64,000 nt of DNA from Candidatus Latescibacterota bacterium (GTDB taxonomy: Bacteria; Latescibacterota; UBA2968; UBA8231). A program made the position numbers and the translations under genes. The stretch covers positions 3,680,001 through 3,744,000 of the forward strand of contig OZ241889.1 in the NCBI GenBank assembly GCA_965203355.1, read 5' to 3'. Shown here in pieces: positions 58,459 through 64,000 of this stretch (its first letter is position 1; the number at the start of each line of letters is the position of its first letter). Under the pieces are notes generated by a model. The model saw nothing but the letters and a program-made list of their open reading frames with translations, was not told the DNA's origin and did not search any database.

Positions 58459-58971
58459 ATGACCAATATTGAAATCAAAGCGCATTATCCCGATGTCGAG
58501 CGCGCCGAAGAAAACCTCAACGCCCTCGGCGCCGGGCTAGCCGGGACCTTCCACCAGAAGGACACCTATTTCAACGTCGCCCAAGGGCGGCTCAAACTGC
58601 GCGAGCTTGGCACCGATGAAGGTCATCTGATTTTCTACCACCGCGAGGACCTAACCGGCCCCAAGCGCAGCGACTACGAGATCGCCAAAACCGAAGATCC
58701 CGATGGCCTGCGCAACATCCTCAGCAGCATCCACGGCATCTGGGTCGAAGTAGAAAAGACGCGCCAAGTCTGGCTGTGGGAAAACGTGCGCATCCACCTC
58801 GACGACGTAAAGGGCCTCGGCCAGTTCGTCGAGCTAGAGGCCGTGACCGAAGAAAAGGGCATTGAGGAGTCGCACCGGCGCGTCGAAGCCTTGATGCGGG
58901 CCTTGGAAATCACCGGCGATCAGCTAGTCGAAGGATCCTACGGAGATATTGTCGCCGCTAAAAACTTTTAG
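58459..58971 (+). CDS. CYTH-domain protein (class IV adenylate cyclase-like)
   Basis: IEIK, QKDTYF, RLKLR and HLDDVKGLG.F.ELE motifs; start at the ATG at 58459. Confidence 0.88.
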   Translation: MTNIEIKAHYPDVERAEENLNALGAGLAGTFHQKDTYFNVAQGRLKLRELGTDEGHLIFYHREDLTGPKRSDYEIAKTEDPDGLRNILSSIHGIWVEVEKTRQVWLWENVRIHLDDVKGLGQFVELEAVTEEKGIEESHRRVEALMRALEITGDQLVEGSYGDIVAAKNF

Positions 58972-59222
58972 AAGCGTTTTTAAAACGCTCGTCGGACTAC
59001 TTCAACGGGCCGTCGAGCGGTTCCTGGATCGGGCGTTTTTCGCGGGCGAGATTCCAGTACTACTAGGCTTTTTGGGGGATCAAAAAACAATAAGAATAAT
59101 TTTAAAAAGGCTTCTTAGAAGCGTTTTTAAAACGCTCGTCGAGCGGCTCCCACGTCGGGCGTTTTTCGCGGGCGAGATTCCATTGCTACTTTTACAATTA
59201 AGAGGAATCTTAAAAAGCCGCG
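58970..59222. mobile_element. Two tandem copies of a MITE-like element (family B)
   Basis: Copy 1 (58970-59115) is AGAAGCGTTTTTAAAA...TTTTAAAAAGGCTTCT. Copy 2, from 59117, shares the left end and TCGGGCGTTTTTCGCGGGCGAGATTCCA. A lone end lies at 27343-27356. Confidence 0.65.
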
Positions 59223-59385
59223 TCGCGCAACCTCTGCTACGCGCGTGCTGCGATTTCCTCTACTGGTCGCCATCGTGCCATCTTCGCCGCTTCAGCCGAA
59301 TAAACTCGGCTGCTCGCTTGCTCTTTCCGTTGACCTCTTGCGGAATCGCCGCTTTGGCGCGAAAAACGCTCAGTCGCCCCTTTCC

Positions 59386-60744
59386 CTACCCAAACAACCT
59401 TTCCACCTCGTCGCACAACAAGGCGGCTTCCTCGGCGCTTGCGCTCTCGGCAATGACCCGGACAATGGGTTCGGTATTGGAGGCGCGGAGGTGGATCCAC
59501 GGGCATTCGAGCCGCCCGCTCAGGTAGAGTTTGGAACCATCGCACACCGGGTGGATGTACGCTTGGGGGTAGCGGTCGTGCAGCGCGGCAAGGGCGGCGG
59601 CTAGCCGCTCTGGAGTACAAGTGATTTTGCGCTTGTCAATGGCGTAGCGGGGCAGTGCGGCGATCCGTTCTTCAAGCGACTGCCGCGCACCGGCCATCGC
59701 CTCCAGCACCAAGGCCAAGCCAAGGGCCGCATCGCGGCTGGGGCCCACTGAGGCGACGATGACGCCGCCGTTGCCCTCGCCGCCGATGACCGCTCCCTCA
59801 GCCATCATCTTCTCCACCACGTGAACCTCGCCGACCGCCGTGAGAAAAACCGGACAGTTGTGGGCCATGGCCGCGTCTGTGACCGCCTGCGAGGTGGAAA
59901 GGGTGGTGACGACCGGGCCGGGTTGCCGCGCCGCCACCGCTTGAACGGCCAGTGCCAGCGTGTAGTCTTCGCCCACGGGCACCCCCCTCGCATTGACCAA
60001 CGCGACCCGGTCGGCATCCGGGTCCATGGCAAAACCGACAGCGCAACCCCAGTCGCGCACGGCTTGGCCGAGCGGGCCGAGATTGGCGGGCACCGGCTCC
60101 GGGTCGTGGGCGAAATCGCCGTCGGGCCGCGCGTTGATAAGCCTAGCTTCAGCGCCTAAGGCATCGAGCAGGCGCGGAACCACCAAGGCCCCCGTGCCAT
60201 TGCAGGGATCGACAGCCACCTTGAATCCGGCTTGGCGAATGGCGGCGGCATCCACATAGTCCACGATTCGCTGCACGTGCCGCGCCACCACGGCGTCTGC
60301 GTCGATCGTGGCCAGCGCACCGGACGCCGCACCGCGAAATTCGCCCGCGTAAAAAAGAGCCTCCACGCGCGCGCCCTCTTCCGCATTGAGGAAGACGCCA
60401 TCGGCGCGCACCAGTTTGAGGCCGTTCCACCGGGCCGGGTTGTGGCTGGCTGTGATGATGATCGCGCCCGCGGCACCCAGCGCGGCGACCATCAGCTTGG
60501 CTCCGGGCGTGGAGCACATGCCCAAATCGACGACGCGACAGCCCGTCTGGCGCAAAGCGGTGGCCGCCACTTGGGCAAAAGTCGCGCCAGATGGGCGCGT
60601 GTCGCGCGCGAGGACGACGGTATCGCCCGGCGTCAAAGTGGTGCCAAAGGCCGCGGCAAAGCGCGCGACGACCGCATCGGTGAGCGACTCGCCGACGAGA
60701 CCGCGAATTCCAGAAATGCTGACGATGAGTGGGGCGTTAGACAT
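59386..60744 (-). CDS. Phosphohexomutase (phosphoglucosamine mutase/phosphomannomutase family)
   Basis: SISGIRG, TASHNP, DPDADR, GGEGNGG and RASNTEP motifs; start trimmed to the ATG at 60744. Confidence 0.9.
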   Translation of the reverse strand: MSNAPLIVSISGIRGLVGESLTDAVVARFAAAFGTTLTPGDTVVLARDTRPSGATFAQVAATALRQTGCRVVDLGMCSTPGAKLMVAALGAAGAIIITASHNPARWNGLKLVRADGVFLNAEEGARVEALFYAGEFRGAASGALATIDADAVVARHVQRIVDYVDAAAIRQAGFKVAVDPCNGTGALVVPRLLDALGAEARLINARPDGDFAHDPEPVPANLGPLGQAVRDWGCAVGFAMDPDADRVALVNARGVPVGEDYTLALAVQAVAARQPGPVVTTLSTSQAVTDAAMAHNCPVFLTAVGEVHVVEKMMAEGAVIGGEGNGGVIVASVGPSRDAALGLALVLEAMAGARQSLEERIAALPRYAIDKRKITCTPERLAAALAALHDRYPQAYIHPVCDGSKLYLSGRLECPWIHLRASNTEPIVRVIAESASAEEAALLCDEVERLFG

Positions 60745-60752
60745 AATTTTTC

Positions 60753-61556
60753 TCAGCGTTTTTCGACGACTAGCGCGGCGCGGCGTTGAACCCCTAATTG
60801 GCGCGCGGCATGGCCGCCGTTGACCGCAATTTCCAACAGACCAGCACTGCCGATCAAAGCGAGCGGCGCGCCCAACTCGACATCCTCGTACGTGCGGCAA
60901 AGTTCCGCCAGTACCTGGTCCCCAAGGCAGATGCACAGCGCGGTGCCCCACGGCGCAATGTCGGCAGCCTCAATGTTGCTTATCAAGTTGCCGAATCCAT
61001 CAATGTGGACGATGTGGCCGGCGATGCGGTCCGCCGATTTACAAGGTGCGGCTTCGGCCAAGCGCACCGGATCGGCCACCAGCGGGCCGACAGCGGCCCA
61101 GTCCAAACCGCCGCAAAGATGAGCAGCCAGCGGCGCGAAGAGGTCGCGGCCGTGGAAGGTGCTGCTCGGATTGGCCCGGGCGAGATCGGCCCGGGCGATT
61201 TCGCGCACCCGGCTGTCGGCGCGGTCGAGGACGAAGCTGAAGAGGCCGTTGTCCGGCCCCACCCACCAGTGGCCGCAGCCGTGGAGAGCCAAGGGCCGTC
61301 GGCGCATCCCCACGCCGGGATCGACGACCGCTAAATGCACGGTGCCCGGCGGAAATTCGCGTGCGGCGTGGCGCAGCACAAAAGCGGCGGCCAGCACATC
61401 TTGCGGCGGAATCTGGTGGGAAATATCCACGATCTGGGCCTCCGGGGCGATGCCCAAGATGACCCCTTTCATCGCGCCGACGTAGTAATCGCCCTCGCCA
61501 AAATCCGTTGTCAGCGTGACGATTGGGGCCTTATGCCGCTCGATCTTATTCTGCAT
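60753..61556 (-). CDS. SAM hydroxide adenosyltransferase (DUF62; chlorinase/fluorinase superfamily)
   Basis: LTTDFG, VVDPGVG..R, GPDNG, STFHGRD and D.FGN motifs; start trimmed to the ATG at 61556. Confidence 0.9.
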   Translation of the reverse strand: MQNKIERHKAPIVTLTTDFGEGDYYVGAMKGVILGIAPEAQIVDISHQIPPQDVLAAAFVLRHAAREFPPGTVHLAVVDPGVGMRRRPLALHGCGHWWVGPDNGLFSFVLDRADSRVREIARADLARANPSSTFHGRDLFAPLAAHLCGGLDWAAVGPLVADPVRLAEAAPCKSADRIAGHIVHIDGFGNLISNIEAADIAPWGTALCICLGDQVLAELCRTYEDVELGAPLALIGSAGLLEIAVNGGHAARQLGVQRRAALVVEKR

Positions 61557-61676
61557 TGTACGCGCATCCCTTCCGCTTCCCAAGTATAGCGACAGATTCA
61601 ATTTGTTGATAGCCAGCGGCTCGGGCCTTAGATTTGCCGCGCAATCCCATCCTCTTGCCGCGAAAGGAAAATCGCC

Positions 61677-62696
61677 ATGGCCGTCAAAAGCCACATTGCA
61701 ATCGCGCCCGGCCTCAAGGTCGCGGCGCAGATGTCCCCCGAGCCGAGCGAGGCGGAAATGGCCTTTGTGCGGCAGATGGGCGTAGAATACGCCGTGACTT
61801 GGATTGATCCGGCCAAGGCCAGCCCCGAGTACTATCGCAGCCGTCGAGAACACTTTGCCCGCGGCGGCATCCAGCTCTACGGCTTGGGCAATGGCAGCGT
61901 CCACAACGTGGATGCGATCACCCTCAACCTGCCCGAGCGCGACGCGAAAGTTGCCGAGTACAAGGCGCACATCCGCAACTTGGGCCAAGCCGACATTCCC
62001 TATACGACCTATGCCCACATGGCCAACAGCGTGTGGAGCACACCGCCAGAGCAAACCCGCGGCGGCGCGAAGGCGCGGGCCTTTGACCTAGCGCGGCTCG
62101 CCGAGGCGACCGGCGGCGGTTTTACCGGCGCGGGCCTGACGCATGGCCGCGCATACAGCGAAGAAGAATTGTGGGACAACTTCGCCTCCTTTGCGCGGGA
62201 AATCGCGCCGGTCGCCGAGGAAGCGGGCGTCCGCATTGGCATTCACCCGGACGACCCGCCCGGGGTGTTGTTGGGCGGAGTGCCGCGGCCCATTTTTAGC
62301 AGCTTTGCCGGGTACCAACGCGCCCTCGAAATCGCCGACAGCCCCAACGTAGGCATGTGCTTGTGCATTGGCTGCTGGCTGGAGGGCGGCGAGGCCATGG
62401 GCCGCGACGTGGTGGAGACGATCCGCTACTTCGGCGGGCAGGGCCAGATCTTTAAAGTCCACTACCGCAACGTCGACAAGCCGCTGCCGCACTTTGTCGA
62501 GACCTTTGTTGACGACGGATACTTCGACATGTATCAGGCCATGCGCGCACTGGCCGAGGTCGGATACGACGGCACCTTGATCCCGGATCACATCCCGCAG
62601 ATGGGCGATGACGGACGGCTGGGCACCGCTTATACGCTGGCGTACATGCGCGCCTTGCAAAAGAGAGCAGCAGAAGAAAGGAGTCAGACATGCTGA
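61677..62696 (+). CDS. uxuA: Mannonate dehydratase family
   Basis: PVAEEAGVRIGIHPDDPP, H.RNV and PDHIP motifs. Confidence 0.85.
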   Translation: MAVKSHIAIAPGLKVAAQMSPEPSEAEMAFVRQMGVEYAVTWIDPAKASPEYYRSRREHFARGGIQLYGLGNGSVHNVDAITLNLPERDAKVAEYKAHIRNLGQADIPYTTYAHMANSVWSTPPEQTRGGAKARAFDLARLAEATGGGFTGAGLTHGRAYSEEELWDNFASFAREIAPVAEEAGVRIGIHPDDPPGVLLGGVPRPIFSSFAGYQRALEIADSPNVGMCLCIGCWLEGGEAMGRDVVETIRYFGGQGQIFKVHYRNVDKPLPHFVETFVDDGYFDMYQAMRALAEVGYDGTLIPDHIPQMGDDGRLGTAYTLAYMRALQKRAAEERSQTC

Positions 62697-63502
62697 GCCA
62701 AGAACAAATCGCGCACTATCGCGAACAGGGCTATCTCAAAGTCCCCCAACTCTTCACGCCCAAGGAAGCCGAAGAGCTGGCCGCCGAGATGGTGCGAGTG
62801 ATCGAACAGTGGGGGCAGGAGACCATCGGCTGGGTCGGCCCTTGGCGAGACCGCTACCTCGACGAAGAAGACCGGCTCAACACGCGCGCGGTCTTCATGC
62901 ACAACCCACACTTTTACTCGGCCGCTTGGGGCCGCGTCCTTTTCCACGAGGCCATGATCGCCTGCGTCCAGCAGCTCATCGACGGCCCGGTGCAGTGGCA
63001 CCACACGGTCCTACACGCCAAGCCGCCCGAGAAAGGCACGCCTTTCCCCATGCACCAAGACTATCCATTCTACCCCCACGATGGCCCGGATTTCGTGGAC
63101 TGCTTGTTGCACTTAGACGACACGCCGCTGGAGAGCGGTGCGCTGATGGTCGTGCCGGGCAGCCACAAGCGAGGGCCGCTGGAACACGTATTAGGCCCGG
63201 AAACAGCGCCGCACCTGCCGCCGGCCCAGTACCACCCCGATCACCTCGACAGCGTGGCCGTGCCGGCCGAACGCGGCGACGTGATCTTCTTTAGCTACCA
63301 AACGATCCACTGGTCGGATTGCAACCGCACGGATTCTTGGCGCAAATCCGTGCGCTTTGGCTATCACAGCACGGCCCTGCGGCCGGTGGGGCGAGCCGCA
63401 GACAACCCGCATCGCATCGACCAAGACAACGTGTTGGAGCGCAACAACAACATCGTCGTGGCCGGATTTCGCGACAACGACATGGAGCCAGCGGCCAACT
63501 AA
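62690..63502 (+). CDS. Phytanoyl-CoA dioxygenase (PhyH) family protein
   Basis: YREQGY, HQD, G.L.VVPGSH, GDV.FF...IH and N.T..WR motifs. Confidence 0.88.
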   Translation: MLSQEQIAHYREQGYLKVPQLFTPKEAEELAAEMVRVIEQWGQETIGWVGPWRDRYLDEEDRLNTRAVFMHNPHFYSAAWGRVLFHEAMIACVQQLIDGPVQWHHTVLHAKPPEKGTPFPMHQDYPFYPHDGPDFVDCLLHLDDTPLESGALMVVPGSHKRGPLEHVLGPETAPHLPPAQYHPDHLDSVAVPAERGDVIFFSYQTIHWSDCNRTDSWRKSVRFGYHSTALRPVGRAADNPHRIDQDNVLERNNNIVVAGFRDNDMEPAAN

Positions 63503-63760
63503 GCCTGCGCTATGCAAGAAGCGGCACCGGCTTTAACTGGGACGCCTGTTACGCGGGCTGGCAAAGCGAATCATTGCAGTATTACTGGCAAGATCTAGAC
63601 CTAAACGTGGTACCGCAGCTATCCCGCTGGGGGATCAAGGGTTTGCCGAGGCCCGGTCCTTAGCGCGGAACGGCTTGTATCCGTTGCGACGCATTGCGCG
63701 GCGCGATCCCGAGTCCGAGCGCGGTCAGCAAGCTCTCCAACTCCTACACGAGGTGAATAT

Positions 63761-64000
63761 ATGAAGGCAATCATGGTCATGTTCGACTCGCTCAACCGGC
63801 ACATGTTGCCGCCCTACGGCTGCGATTGGACGCACGCGCCCAATTTTCAGCGGCTCGCCGAGCGGTCGCTCACTTTCGACACCAGCTACGTCTGCTCCAT
63901 GCCGTGTATGCCCGCCCGCCGCGACTTGCACACCGGGCGGCCCAACTTTCTCCACCGCTCTTGGGGGCCGCTGGAGCCGTTTGACGACTCCGTCCCGCGA
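63761..64000 (+). CDS. Sulfatase, 5' part (runs off the window)
   Basis: Not in the ORF track. Manual translation gives MKAIMVMFDSLNRHMLPPYG...SMPCMPARRDLHTGR (CxPxR motif); GAGGTG RBS. Confidence 0.88.
   Translation, partial: MKAIMVMFDSLNRHMLPPYGCDWTHAPNFQRLAERSLTFDTSYVCSMPCMPARRDLHTGRPNFLHRSWGPLEPFDDSVPR

Noticed and set aside
58949-59527. 192-aa ORF with repeated RSVFKTLV
   Set aside because: It is the translation of the tandem MITE-like repeats and overlaps the phosphohexomutase gene antisense.
60753-61556. Fluorinase/chlorinase halometabolite pathway (with mtnA)
   Set aside because: The protein keeps the Asp-Arg-His motifs of DUF62 SAM hydrolases, sits beside a phosphohexomutase, and mtnA is 20 kb away in a housekeeping cluster.

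Overview
GC-rich bacterial chromosomal window. No rRNA, tRNA or CRISPR array was recognised. Housekeeping content: a trp operon (fused trpE(G), a second trpG/pabA, trpD, trpC, trpS, and an edge-truncated chorismate mutase) behind a Trp-Trp leader-peptide attenuator that is missing from the ORF track; a cell-shape cluster (LytR_C, rsfS, mtnA, SPOR, LysM lytic transglycosylase, mreD, mrdA, rodA, TPR); ppk2, mazG, an orphan parA, trxB, rsmA, a phosphohexomutase and uxuA. Accessory content: two tandem S8 subtilases and a 1419-aa adhesin-like protein, all ending in a FlgD-Ig/T9SS-like sorting domain; a plant-type LRR lipoprotein; an ASH-like repeat protein; sulfatases; a PhyH dioxygenase; and a low-GC BglII/BstYI-type restriction-modification cassette. 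This content suggests a host-associated (e.g. sponge) Latescibacterota/Gemmatimonadota-like organism, which is inference only. The most unusual signals are non-coding or sub-genic. (1) A ~152-bp tandem array behind the giant protein gene repeats the last 17-18 codons of its sorting domain, in frame and diverged, each copy with its own terminator. (2) A family of GTAGTG..TTTTGAA inverted-repeat elements brackets exactly the two stand-alone surface-protein genes. (3) The 3' 300 bp of the two otherwise diverged subtilase genes are near-identical. (4) A second MITE-like family sits on stop codons.
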